Part shown: piece by piece, positions 13,721 to 27,180 of the stretch | Position numbering within the stretch: position 1 is the first letter of the stretch | Layout: the number at the start of each line of letters is the position of its first letter | Made by a program: the position numbers and the translations under genes | The notes under the pieces: model-generated | Told to the model about the DNA's origin: nothing | Database searches by the model: none | The model's input: the letters and a program-made list of their open reading frames with translations, nothing else | Assembly: GCA_038087875.1 (NCBI GenBank) | Contig: CM075989.1 | Location: 11,596,001 to 11,660,000 of the forward strand | Reading direction: 5' to 3' | Source of the DNA: Malacoraja senta | Lineage: Eukaryota | Length of the DNA stretch: 64,000 nt

Positions 13721-16189
13721 GGAACATTATCCAGATACTCCAGGAATGAATGTTGTGCCAGGGTGATGTCATCAACCTGTGTGGCAGTAGATAAACCGCA
13801 GTTGCTAAAGGATGTCTGGGAGGTGCGTGAGCACCCTCGGGTGCACTGATACCACGGTCACCACCACAGCCGTCAAATTGCCCTTCCTGAGTGATTCTGT
13901 GGAAAGCGACTGACCGGAGGGTGGAAATCTTTAACCTTTCCCCCCACCAATCTGAGGTTCCCACCAGCTTTAAGATGACACTATTATCCAGATGGCAAAA
14001 AAAAATAAGGCGGTGTGTCTTAATGACTAGCGAACAACGGCTTTGACATCATGAAGTGCTAACTAAGGATCCAACAGGCAAATCGCAAGGGTAACAACGC
14101 AAATCAGTGCAATTCATCTTCCCTACTGGACTTTGAGAAAACAGATAAGACCTTCTAAACATAGTAAGTTCAGCACTTTGCTCTTTGACGCTGTATGCAA
14201 GGAGCCCAGGAATTACTATTGTTTCTGGAGAGAAAGAATGGGTGACGTTTTGGGTCGAGATCCTTCTTCAGTCTGAGTTAGTCCAGCATTTTGTGTCTAC
14301 CTTCGATTTAAACCAGCATCTGCAGTTCTTTCCTACACATTACTATTGTTTCAACAACTAAAGCAGAAAAACTGACTATAGTCAGTGAAGTCCATCCCCA
14401 AAGAAACCAAACATTGGTGCATTGCTGCAGTAATAACCACTTTAAAATCCTAATAAATCTGGTCAAGAAAGACAAAGAATAGAAAGCAATAAGAAATACA
14501 GATTTACAGTCAAATCCCAAGGAAGTACTTATCAAAATGTCAGCTCTCATTTCAAGTGTGCAACTAAAACATCAATTGCATTGCAGATCAATAGTGCGTC
14601 AGGCAATCTGGTTGCAAGATGAATATATTTCGATCAGGAAAAGGAAAAATATTAACTCCATTTAATACCAAACTTCTATTCCAGACATCTTGACAAATGA
14701 CAAAAATATCAGTACTTTGTTTCCAGAATTGAGTATTATATTCAGTCAACTTAGTGTTAAAGTAAACATTTGAAACCATGGATTTTAGTAGTAAGACGTA
14801 AATCACAATCCCCAGGTGGCAGTAGAGTAAAATAATTGCAAGAAAAGACTAGAGAACGTCTTTTCTTATTCATGTGCCTCAAGATAACAAGATCCTGTTA
14901 TTTTGGTTTGCATTAAATCAACCCTACATATCGCACTTTTAGATTTAACTAAAATGTAATAAAAGTGCTCAAGTCAGGCAGCATCTGTGGTGAGAGAACA
15001 TTTAAATATTCCAAAACATGAACCGTTTTTCACACCAGATACTGTCCAACCTGCTGGGTACTTCCATGCTGACTATGGATCACCCATTCACATTAATTCT
15101 ATGTTATCCCACTTTCGCATACACTTCTGACACATTAGACAAATATCTACAGACAGAGGCCAATTTCTGATACACTGCTAGTGGAAGTTAACCATCAGAC
15201 ACAGTAGATTTCCATATTATGAGGTCGTTTAACTATTTTTAATCCTGGAGTTTCTGTAATCTTATAAAATGCCAATGTTTTCTGAAAGAGATTGTAAAAA
15301 TCACAGTCTAAGACCGAGCGCCAGACCTGACCTTCCCAATACGAACGGACACCTCGGTCACAACTGGCATTGCCTCCTAGCATCAGAGACCCAGGTTTGT
15401 CTTCTATAACCAAATTCTGTTACAAAGAGGTAAATAATAACAAGGGTAGACTGCAATCGTATCCACCACCTCTGCTGGTAGCACATTCTCGATATCAACC
15501 ACTCTGTTAAAAAAATCTCCTAATTCCCACAAAGATGCACTCACGATTTGATACTCATACCTTGGAAAAAAGTTAACTTTGTATCCTATTCATGCCTCTC
15601 AATTTTTTATAGACATAGAACAGTACAGCACAGGGGTAGGCCCTTCAGCTCACAATATCTGGGCTGAACACGTAATGTCCTCTGCTTGCTTGTGATCCAT
15701 TTCCCTTCATATCCATGTGTTGATCTAAAAGTCTCTTAAACATCACTATCGTATTTCCTTCCACCAACCCTGGCACCTGTTCAAAGTTGTTTTTACTTCA
15801 GTCACTATACATTTCCATCGGGGTACATCAGCCTTCACTTCAAGAAAAATAAGCCCAGCCTATACATAACTAAAGTACTCTCAACTAAGGTATGTAATTC
15901 TAGATTTACCACATCCTGTGCTCTCTCAAACACAATCGCATGCTTCCTTGTGTGGCTACCAGAACTGCACACAATACTCCAAGTGTGGCCTAATCAATGT
16001 TTTGTGAAGTTGCAACACAAATATTATATTTAAGGCCCTAAATTAAATATATGTCAAACTTACCATATGTGATTTCACCACCCTTGTCATTTTCATTGTT
16101 ACTTTAAGGAAACAAAGAGCCTGGATACTGGGACTCTGTTCATCCACAGCCTACCATTGTATATGTATATCATATACTTATACACACAC

Positions 16190-16860
16190 CAACAAGATCA
16201 GAGTTTTAATATGTGTACTTCGTGAAAAAACTACGCGGTAACGATAACATTTTTACATATTCCGGTTGACATTGTTCCCGTCCAGGCCGGGATCACCTTA
16301 TTTCAACATTTCATGCTTTATTTCTCGACTGATTACGGATTAAAGTTTAAAAACATCAAAAGACTGACATTAAAACCACCAGCTTCTAATGATGACGTCA
16401 CAATGGCTCAGCTAGCAGAGACCAGCCGGAATGAAGATGTCATCCTATATTTCACACGTTATTTGCGATTAAAGCTTTAAAAATGCCAACTTTCACAAGA
16501 TTTTTACATATTCTGATTCACATTTTTCCCTTCGAGGCAGAGATCACTTTCACTGAATATTTTATGCTTTATTTCTCGACTTATTACTGATTAAATTTAA
16601 AAAATAAAAATAGTTTAAATTTCAAACCGACTAGCTTCAAATGATGACATCACAATGGCTCGACTAGCAGGGGGAGGGCGAATTGCTATTACAACACGCA
16701 GGGCAAGTGCAATTGGAATTTTTCTTAAAGATCACTGCTGAGGAAGGCAAGGGAATGCTGGATTCTTATGTTCGGGAACGGCTTGAGCTGGAGGACCTCG
16801 CCTCCCTTGGGGGCTACGGGCAGGGAACGGGTGCGTTGGGGGATATAGATATAGATTTAT
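16190..16860. mobile_element. Non-coding DNA-transposon/Helitron-like repeat fragment with an internal diverged duplication, nested in CR1
   Basis: Two diverged copies of about 170 bp (16249-16419, 16500-16670); CpG-richer than the flanks; bordered by TA-rich simple repeats; CR1 remnants on both sides. Class assignment is tentative. Confidence 0.45.
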
Positions 16861-18120
16861 ATATCTCTATCTTTTTATACTATTATACTGAATATGTCCT
16901 AGCCCTTTCTCCAAATACACCACCTCACACTTGTTATGATCCATCTGCCAATGTTCTACCCAACTGATACGTATCCTGCTGAAGCCTTAAACAACCACCC
17001 CCTCAATACCACCAATTTTCGTCAAACGCAAATTTACTAATCATTTCTGTTACGTTCCCATCCAACTCTAACATATGTCACAAACAGCATAGGTTCCAGT
17101 ACTAATCCATAGAATATCAGTCACTTTTAATCAGAAAACCATCCTTCCCATTAGCCAGCTCACCTTGGACTCCATATGCCTTAGCCTTCTTGATCAGTCT
17201 ACCACGTGGAACATTGTCAACTGCCTCACTAAATTCCAAACATTACTGACCTGTCTTCATCAATCTTCAGTTACCACTTATAACAATCAATCAAATTTAT
17301 AGGATAGGATTTCCCCATCACAAAGGCAAGCTCTACTATCCTTAATCAGCCCCCATTTTTCCAAAAGAATGTCTCAGAATTTTGAGCTGAGTTTGAGTTG
17401 AGTTTAGCTTGTCACGTACGAGGTACAGCGAAAAGCCTTTGTCGTGTGCTAGCCAGTCAGCAGAGAGACATTATATTATTACAATCAAGGCATCCACAGT
17501 GTACAGACATAAAGGGAATAATATTACATCTTAAAGAGAAAGTTTTGATTTTATTTTCCTCCAATTGTGCAGTGTTTTGTGCTAGGACACATCTCAATAG
17601 ATGTCTGTTAGACATCCTCATCCATGTCTCCAGATGATCAAAGATGAAGGGAATTCACAAAAGTTATCATAACCGAGTTGGGCCTTGTTCTCGCCCAAAA
17701 TCTACATAAAAGGAACTGAAAATAAAACAGGATGCTGGCACACTTAAGGTTCTTAAAACAGAACGCAGTTGATTTGCTTTTTTTTTTACCTCTGCTTTAA
17801 TACAATGTTGTGTACAGTGATCAATAGTAACCAGTTTAATAAGTGCAATACACTTTCCATTCAAGTATCTACCTGGAGAGTTTAAGTAAATTAACCAAGC
17901 ACAACCCAGTATTTGGTCTGTGATTTAAGCCAAGAAATCTTTTAACAAGGATTAAAATCGGAAAAGACAGGAATAACATCCAAGGCATGTTTCTTCCAAT
18001 CAAATAGATATTGAAGTTGATGACTTATAAACAAAATAGTCACAGATTGTAAATCAAAATCATCCGACTTGTTTATTTATACCCTCAACTTTGTTCAATC
18101 CCGCCAAGGATTGGAAAATA

Positions 18121-18262
18121 CAGTGCCCTCCATAATGTTTAGGACAAAGACCCATCATTTATTTATTTGCCTCTGTACTCCACAATTTGAGATTTGTAAT
18201 AGAAAAAAAATCACATGTGGTTAAAGTGCACATCGTCAGATGTTATTAAAGGCCATTTTATA
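18121..18262 (+). mobile_element. Tc1/mariner left-end fragment
   Basis: TA|CAGTGCCCTCCATAATGTTTAGGACA terminus typical of Tc1-like TIRs; no right end seen. Confidence 0.65.
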
Positions 18263-19303
18263 TCCAAATATATATTTTAGTTTATGGTCATATACAGCAG
18301 TATACAATGGAATTCCTTCTTCGCACGGAGCTCAGAATAAACAGAATACACGGTATACCCAATTGGTATTAAAAGGAAACTAATATGCTACATTGACTAT
18401 AATTAGAAGCATTTTCAAACATGTACTGACACACTATTTACTAAGCAACTCCATGCATATTTTGGATACAGACTTCTAAGGCATCTGTTTGAGCTAAATC
18501 AAACAATTGGAAATTGGTGATTTAAGAGATATCTTATCCTAAACTTAGTTCCACTCTTAACTGTACATGTATAATATGAATATATAACATACTATGGTTG
18601 ATATGATTAACTCACTTTATTGTCTGTTTATAAAATTTAGTGCTCACCTATTTTAGACATGGGATTTTTTTTTTTTTTTAAACTGCACTAACCTTTACAG
18701 AACACATCATACGACATAGCTTAAAGTTTTGACATGGTTAACAAACATAAATGCAGAGATTGCTCGCTACATAGTTTGACAAAGGACTTGAATGTAGATT
18801 CATGGCAAGTCAATATTATTCATTTTGTTTCTCAGGCTCAATTTGTTTCTATCCAATTTCCTGTTAAGTTATGGTACTGGTAACAGCCACTGGGTAAGCA
18901 AACAAAATTATTCATGTGCAAGCTTCACTGCAATGCTGGCTAATAGGCTTTGAACACTGAAATATGATTAAAGACACATTTGTTATTGCAATCGTGCAGC
19001 ACTGTGATTTTGATTAGCTTTGCTCATGGAAGAAAATGTCCTATGGCCATGGTACTACTATCAAATAAAAACACAACAAAGAGGTTAAAGTACTGCCCTG
19101 GCAATCCTGAATTATGTATCTCAGTAATTTGATAGCTGCACTGGAATTCAGTTCCAAGGTAGTTCAATCTAATAAATTTCATATAGAAATTGAGTCAAAG
19201 GTATGACAATGTGCATTATGAGTGTAACATAATGCAATTTTTTTTTAACTGCCAGCTTTGGTTTATACATTATGATCAGAACATAATGAACATGCTCTAT
19301 TAC

Positions 19304-19474
19304 CTTCTCCTCAATGCATTTTTTCATCAAAGTCTCTCTACTTTGCAGCTGATTACCCAAATTATGACATTCATCCTCCTTTTCATCAAGCCGTCTCCTA
19401 TGAGTATCCACTTGGCCCATGAGCTCAGAGTTCCTCTTCTCTAGACGACTTTTAGCAGTATCTGTCTTTTTCAC
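19304..19474 (-). CDS. GOLM2: GOLM2/CASC4 coding exon 2 (171 nt, coiled coil)
   Basis: Acceptor TTCTTCACCAG|GTG, donor AAG|GTAATA. Encodes VKKTDTAKSRLEKRNSELMGQVDTHRRRLDEKEDECHNLGNQLQSRETLMKKCIEEK, containing the CASC4 RLEKRNS...VDTH motif; phase 0/0 and in frame with exon 1. Confidence 0.92.
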
Positions 19475-22400
19475 CTGGTGAAGAACAAAAAGCAGATGAA
19501 TGAAGTAATGACTTGAACATTTTACAGGAACCCAAGAGATTCAGAATTAAGAGGTATGATTGAAATTAAAGTTTGATAATTTTATGCACAAATAACATAC
19601 CACTTAACCACAGGGAGACAGCATGAGAAGGCGTGATTGAAATAAAAAAGGTTTGGCTTGGTTTAAATGTCCTCTTAAGTTTTAATATGTTGTTTGTGGG
19701 AATTAACCAATTCCCTGCGGTCCATGAAGAATTACTTGAAAATACTACATTCATAGAAATCACATCCTTGGACAAGATGGACTTAATGTAAACACTTCAA
19801 AGAAAACTAATGTAAACATCACAAATTATATAGTTGATGCAATTTTCATTTTGTCCACATCCCCTTTATGAATCAGGCATCATGACATGGGCTCAAGCGA
19901 TTCTGGCATTCCCAGAAATTAGACCACCAGAATTCTTAGCATTTTGTACCTACAGAAGGAAAGATCAAATGTAGTCAAGTACATTCAGTTTGTACAAATT
20001 CTTAATGTTCAGATACTTTTGGATTGGCACCAAGTCTAATCCAATGTTTATTAAGACAACATAACTACCCAATACACCACCTCAGTGCAATAAGGGTCGG
20101 TCTGTGTGTCAAAAAATGATCAATACCATAAGTTTCCAAGCAAATAAAAATGATTGAACTGAAGCTTCAGAGTTATGGGCAAAGCAAGACTCTCAGTGCA
20201 AAATAAATTTCCCCCGCCTTTCCTGTTCATAGTATGAATGACATTACAAAGTCAGTGAATAGAGGCTTCAGCTGCATTCATAACCCCAATAACCACAAAA
20301 TGAAATATAATAGATGCAAGAAGTCTGGAATAAAACATTAAAATGCTCGCCAGGCAGCATATTTGGGGTGGTGGTGGAGGAAGGAAATATGGCGAGAACA
20401 TTGCTGATGCTATTATTTCAGGCCGAAAATCTTTTATCAGAACTACTAAAAAATAAAGATAGTGTGTTTTAAGAAACATAGGAAGGGAGGGGAAACAAAA
20501 AGGATAGATGGCAGGAGAGGTCAAATGACTGAAGGTAGCAGGGTTGTAAATGCCAAATAATTGTCTGAATTTATCACGGTAACACAGTTAATCTGCTAGA
20601 AATACTACATGAAATAAAAACACTGGAAATGCTGCTTAATTTGAATTTCAGTGGCAACTCCAGAAATCTGTAATGTAGCACCATATGAGGAAATCCATTG
20701 TACTTCAACTGAAAGTATAAATCACATTGAGTTGCACCTCCCACAGATGCATAGAAGAGAACACTGAACGGAGGTAGTTTAGTTGGTAGAGAGACCCAGA
20801 GCACCAACGTTTTCTGGAGAAATCAGTTACCTTGGAATACTGAAAGGGAGTAAAGTACATCAGATGGTTGCCACCAGCAACCATCCATTAAGCGAGCCTG
20901 ATGCGTTCAACAGCAAAAGCTAAAGAAATCCCATCTAGTTCAGGGATGGGGATGAAGGCACAAAAGTAAAAGTGCAGGAAGTGAAGTAAGAATAATCATG
21001 GGGCCCAAACTATTATGCTAATCAAAATTAATGTAAAATGCATTGCTCATTGCAAGTAATAGTCACACATTCATGTTCAATAATCAGGTAATAGTCATCA
21101 TCACCATCACAAAGATGCCCAGTGACTCCTGCTTATTTGCTGCAAAAAGCTTTTGTCACCTCCATCATCTCCTCTCAGTTTACCACATTTTCACCTTCCA
21201 TAAACTCCAGCTTACTGAACTGAACTCTGAAGATCCCAGTCTATAACATCAAGCCCTATTCCTTCCTGGAATTACTGGTTTTCTCTATTCCTCTCATGGC
21301 TGAGCAGCATTACCACTTAGTTAAATGTCTTTCTATAACAAAAAACTCACTGATATAAAACCATGCAATTAGCTAACCTTCTCTAGTCCTACCATTTGCA
21401 AACCTAAACTCGTATACATCCATCCCAATCTCAATCCAGTACTAGCAGTCAAGCCGGTTACTGCCTGGATCATCCCTAAATTCAGTCCATAAACAATGAT
21501 ACCACATCATCCTCTTCAATAAACCACCTCGCTGAATCTTTACTCACCACCAACCACACTCACAACCTCAACCTCACTAATCCACCCCAGCAAAAAAATA
21601 TTTAGCTTAACATCCATTCTCTTCACATCTCTGAAGGTTCTTGGGGCACTAAAAGTACTTGATTATCCAAATTGACACAATTCACAGAAATTTAAATTGT
21701 GCAGTATTTGAAAAAATTGTTGCACTGTCCAATGGAAATATAGCAAACAAAAGTTAACCTAAAATTAATTTGATCCATGGAGACCCAAGAGACTGCAGAT
21801 GCTGGAATCTTGAAGAAAAAAAACCACATACCGCTGGAGGAATACAGCGAATAAGGCTGTGGAGGGAAAGGAATGATTAATATTTCAGGCCAAGATACTG
21901 GGTCGTGACCATTCCATCCACAGATACTGCCTGATCTATTGAGTTCCTCCAGTAGTTTGTTTTTTGATTCATTTGATCCATGTCATGTGCTCACCAAACT
22001 TTGCCTGACAATCTACCAAACTGACATGCCTTTTCTACTGGCCTTCTACGTCTTTCTGTAGAAAAGGTTCTAGTATATCAAAAAATGTAACTGCAGCCTG
22101 ACTTTAATTACATTAACATTACTTATTGTTTTATATTCTATGAAACAAATAAAAAGGGTTTCATTATCTCCTCCGTAGTAACATCAACTGCTGTCTTTGA
22201 AAGCTTGTGCATCTAAATGCCAAGCTAGCTCTATTCCTCCATTGCATTTTAAACTGTTGACACATAACATGTGCACATTGTCTTATGTTTTAAGATGTAG
22301 CACCAGAGTCATTTTTAACATTGCACAAGGGACAAACTTCATCACCTGCACTGCTATTATTTTAAGATTGCCAATGGGTGATGGCATTTGTACAACTCCA

Positions 22401-23639
22401 CTGAAGTGAAAGTCATATTAATTTTTCCCAATTGATTTTTCTTTGGCATTACTACCAAGTCAGCAGGAAAAAGGCAGAGTTACCTGGTTATTCAATGACT
22501 GAGAACCAAAGATACTAGCTGAGAACCTCCTCTCTAGTATTTAGCTTTGTCTTTATGGAGCAGCAGAAATTTGGGTTTTGGGTCAAGTCCACCAACTTAA
22601 AACAAAAGCTGGGTGGGATACTACCAATATCTTTTCCCAACATCACCCAAAAATTATCTTAAAAAATACAAGCCTCAGCTATTTCTTTTGTAAATGTGAT
22701 TAGGTAATCCACATGAAGGCAAAAAGTCAGAAAAATGGGTGCAGGATTAGAATAGCTCATCCTGACATATATTAGAGCCTTCCAATGGGAAACTATTAAA
22801 AAAAAAAAATTGCCCTAAACAATATTCTGTGTTGGCCGTCTTAGAGATACAGACCCAGACACAACTTAAAATTCACTGATCAACAATCACAAGATTAAAA
22901 CATTGATTTCAATAATACAATACTGGAAAGGAGCAGAAAGGTGTATATTCATTTTAATTGGAGACACATTTCTCTAATGTTCACATCTTTTAATGACTTC
23001 ACTGCAGTATAGAGAAAAATCTAAAGCCTATACTTGCATATCCTCAAAACTGCTCCAAGCCCAGCTATTGATTGTACAAAAGCAGTGTTTCTATTTTCTG
23101 AAATTTTTGGATCATTTACAAAATTGGTAAAGAAACTGAATGTTCTTGGCAAAGCACACACTATATTGGTACCTGGAAATACTTTGTCCAGATTGACAGA
23201 ACATCACAAGTTCAAGGCAAAGAGGCCGTTTGGCCCACTGTCTGGGTTATCAATACAATTTCATTACTTTGCTCTTTCACTGTAGCCTGATACTGTATTC
23301 ACTTCAAAGAGTTTCAAACTGCAAGCGAAAAATCATTATTCAGAAATGGCTCCGAAAGAAAGTCAAGTGCAATCTTGAAGCTTGCAAAATGTTATGGCTA
23401 TTGCTGCAAAAATCATGGGTTCAACAACTTTTTCAGAATCGGTTTAAAATTCTTCTTTCTAACTCAAATGATCTTTCAAAACCCCTTCTACCACCCAAGA
23501 AAGAAGTGCTTCAAATGTGAAAAGCAATATGATATATTTGTTTAAAAAAGAACTGCAGCTGCTGGAAAAATCGAAGGTAGACAAAAATGCTGGAGAAACT
23601 CAGCGGGTGAGGCAGCATCTATGGAGGGAAGGAATACGT

Positions 23640-23667
23640 GACGTTTCAGGTCGAGACCCTTCTTCAG
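23640..23667 (-). ncRNA. Minimal type-I hammerhead ribozyme motif (candidate)
   Basis: CUGAAGA-A-GGGU(CUCG)ACCU-GAAA-CG-UC, with a G-U pair closing stem II. Confidence 0.55.
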
Positions 23668-24379
23668 ACTCATATATATTTGTGTAACTTCCATTTTCTT
23701 CACTGGCAACAATAACATGCAAACTTTCAAAAAATTTAAAATGCTTCTTTTCCAGATTTATTTTGAAAGAAAAAGTAATAAATATTGACGACAGGACCCA
23801 AACACCTACACCGAACCCCAGATCATGCACTGTAGCAGTGGATTCTCAAGCAGTGCGGTTGCATATTACAAAAACGTGCACCATGAATAGTTTGCCAGGG
23901 ATAACAATGTCAAAGCAAGCCCATAAGATAGCCAGCAATGACATAGAGAGCATCAGAATCTTTGTCTATCATTCCCAATCCTGTTACTTCACAGGGTATT
24001 CAAACAGTGATCCGTTTAGAGAAGTTCTTGCTACCAATATTCATTCTTTGGTCACCTTGATATTCACATTAAACTGGTATTTTCATTGCCTTTTCACGTT
24101 TTATGATGGTTTCAACTATTGTTCCTTTAGCACCATCCAAAACACTGGAGTTCAGCAGTGCCTGTTGCATTTACTGATCTAATTATTAAAATATAATAAC
24201 TGTACTGATGTGTTCAGAAAAATCAAATTCCAACCAACAAACAAGGTATGCAAGACCCATGTACTAGGTACAACATTAATACAATTTGTATTTTTTTTTA
24301 TTGGAACTTCATTGTTGCATCACATATTCTTAAATTAGTAACCACAGAATTGTTCGTAAAAATGAACCATCCTCTTGGA

Positions 24380-24605
24380 CAACGGTTCCCAACCTGGGGT
24401 AAATTTACCCCCAAGGGGTAAATTTTGCCTACCCAGGGGGTAAATTTGTTGATTCTGGATTTGTACATATTTTTTCTCATTGACTTACTGTGTTTAGTTC
24501 TGGTATCTGTTCATCATTAGTTGTTCAGAAATAAGTGAAATAACATTGTTATGTGCTATTGAAGTTGTCAGGGGTAAATTGGACGAAAAAAGTTGGGAAC
24601 TCCTG
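24380..24605. mobile_element. hAT-Charlie-like MITE (226 bp)
   Basis: TIRs CAACGGTTCCCAACC / AGTTGGGAACTCCTG; 8-bp TSD CTCTTGGA versus CTCTAGGA (7/8); repeated GGGGTAAATT subterminal motifs. Confidence 0.8.
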
Positions 24606-25689
24606 CTCTAGGAGTCTAGGTCACTGCATACCATCAAGTAGAAGAGTTCTTTTTTTTATAATGGTGTTTCAGTGTGAAACAGAATGTATAATTCTGTTGA
24701 AGTGCATTCTTTTAAGACTGTGGTATAAACATTCTTTGCTGTTATCAATTACTACATTCTACTTCACAGATGTTCAGGTCAATTGGAAGTCAGACTTGGA
24801 GACAAGAAACACAAGAGACTAGATAGAATCTTGAGCACAAAAACAGTGCCTCAGGAACTCAGGCAGCATCTGTGAAGGGAAATGGACAGGCAACACTTTG
24901 GCACCTTTCTTCATAACCCTTGATGCCTTTAACCTTCAGAAGTCTTTCAAACTATGCTTTGAGTGCAATCAATCACTGAACTACCACAACCTGGGGGATA
25001 AATCACAAAAAAGATTTGAATTAAATTAATTCACGAGTCAAAATCTAGGGGTCATGGTGTTATAATAAAGAATAGGCCTTTTAGTATTGAAATTAGAATT
25101 CTTTAAGTCTGGGGAAACATCCTGCCCACATCTACTCTGTTGCTCCCCCCAAGAATGTTGTACATTTTGACAGTTACCTCTCATTCTTCTGAACTCCAGA
25201 AGAAAGAGGCCTAGGCCTCACCAGTCTCTCTTTATTCACTACAGGGAACCAAGACCAAAGCTCAGGTTTTCAAGTACATTTCTAGACAGAATCTGATGGA
25301 GCTCATCCAATAACTTGTTGGCATGGACCCATGCCATTAAGATTGTCTAGCATTTGGCACTAAATTAGCAAACTCATCCAGAAAACCTATATAACACGTC
25401 TATAGTGTTTTAAGGGTGAATAGTCTGATCTTAGCGTGGTCACATATTACATGTAATAGGCCTTAACCCCGAGATCTGAACATGGAGGTTCAAATTGGCA
25501 GCAGGCAATGAATTGAGTATAATGTAGAAAAACTGAGGCCATAGCAAGATACTTAGAAAATCAGGTCAAAATGATTTAATGAAAGGAAAATAGTTTGACA
25601 AATCTGTGTCTTTTAAAATGTAACAAAAGTATTAGGTGATCAGCACCCAGTGGAAGTAGAGCAGTCCGATTTCCAGAGCAAGAGCGAAG

Positions 25690-27180
25690 CTGCTGGGTAT
25701 CGATGAGACACGTTTGAGAGCCTCATCTTAAGAGAGACCTCACAGCTCCGCTCCTGCTTCCCCCCCACTCGTCACAACAGGTCCTAGTCCCGACCTTTCA
25801 CCCTATCAGCCGTCACTTACAACACATAAGCGGCATTTTCACAACTTCCAATGGGATCCCACCACTAGTCACATCTTCTCATATTCATCCCTTTCCGCCT
25901 TCCGCAGAGATCGTCCCCTCCGCAACTCCCTGGTTAACTCATCCCTTCCCACCCAAACCACCCATTCCCCAGGTACCTTCCCCTGCAAACCAGAAGATGC
26001 AACACCTGTCGCTATACCTCCTCCCTCGACTCTGTCCAGGGACCCCGACAGGTTAGGCAGAGGTTCGCTTGCACCTCCTCCAACCTCACCTACCTTGTTG
26101 TTCAAGGTTAGGACTCATAGATCGGTGAGACCAAACGTAGACTGGGCGATTGTTTCGCTGAACACCTTCGCTCAGTCCACCTGGACCTAACTGATCTCCC
26201 GGATGCCAAACACCTTGCATCACCCGGCGTGGCTTTAATGGCCGCGGGACAATCACCATCGCCCGCCGGGGGCTTTGACTTTGACTCTGACATCGGGGGG
26301 GGAGTGCAGTGGAGAGATACGTTTTTTTTGCCTTCCATCACAGCACTGTGATGGATGTATGTGTAAATTTTGTTGTGTCTCGGGTCTTCTTCGTTTTGTA
26401 ATGTATGGCTGCAGAAACGACATTTCGTTTGGACCTCAACGGGGTCCAAATGACAAATAAATTGTATTGTATTGTATTGTATTCCCCTTCCCACACTGAT
26501 CTTTCTGTCCTCGGCCTCCTCCATTGTCAGAGTGAGGCCAAACGCAAATTGGAGGAACAGCATCTCATTTTTCGCATTGGCGACTTACAACCCAGTGGTA
26601 TGATTATTGATTTCTCTACCTTCAAGTAATACTTGCATTCCCTCTCTCTCTCTATCCCTCCACACCCAAGTTGTACCAGCTTCAAAGTCATCTTGTTGAG
26701 CATGTTTAAGAAGGAACTGCAGATGCTGGAAAATTGAAGCTAGACAAAAATGCTGGAGAAACTCAGCGGGTGAGGCAGCATCTATGGAGCGAAGGAAATA
26801 GGCGACGTTTCGGGTCAAGCCCGAAATGTCGCATATTTCCTTCGTTCCATAGATGCTGCCTCACCCGCTGAGTTTCTCCAGCATATTTGTCTACCTTTGT
26901 TGAGCTTCATTATCTGTACTCGTTCTCACATAGGTCGCAGCTAACAATGGCCTTTATCCTTTATCATTGTTACTTTTTTGCATATCTTTCATTCATTTGT
27001 TCTATATCTCTCTCTATACCACCAACTATATCTCTCGTTTCCCTTTCCCCCCCGACAGTCTGAAGGGTCTCGACCCGAAACATCACCTATTCCCTTTCTC
27101 CAATGATGCTGTCTGACACGCTGAGTTACTCCAGCTTTGTGTCTATCATCAGTTCAAACTGCAGTTCATTCCTACATACA
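25690..27180 (+). mobile_element. Penelope-like element with nested insertions (26218-26482 retroposon tail; 26702-26896 fold-back unit)
   Basis: AFRRDRPLRNSLV, IGETKRRLGD and SVLGLLHCQSEAKRKLEEQHLIFR motifs; terminal repeat at about 27055-27180; nested (ATTGT)n-tailed fragment. Confidence 0.85.
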
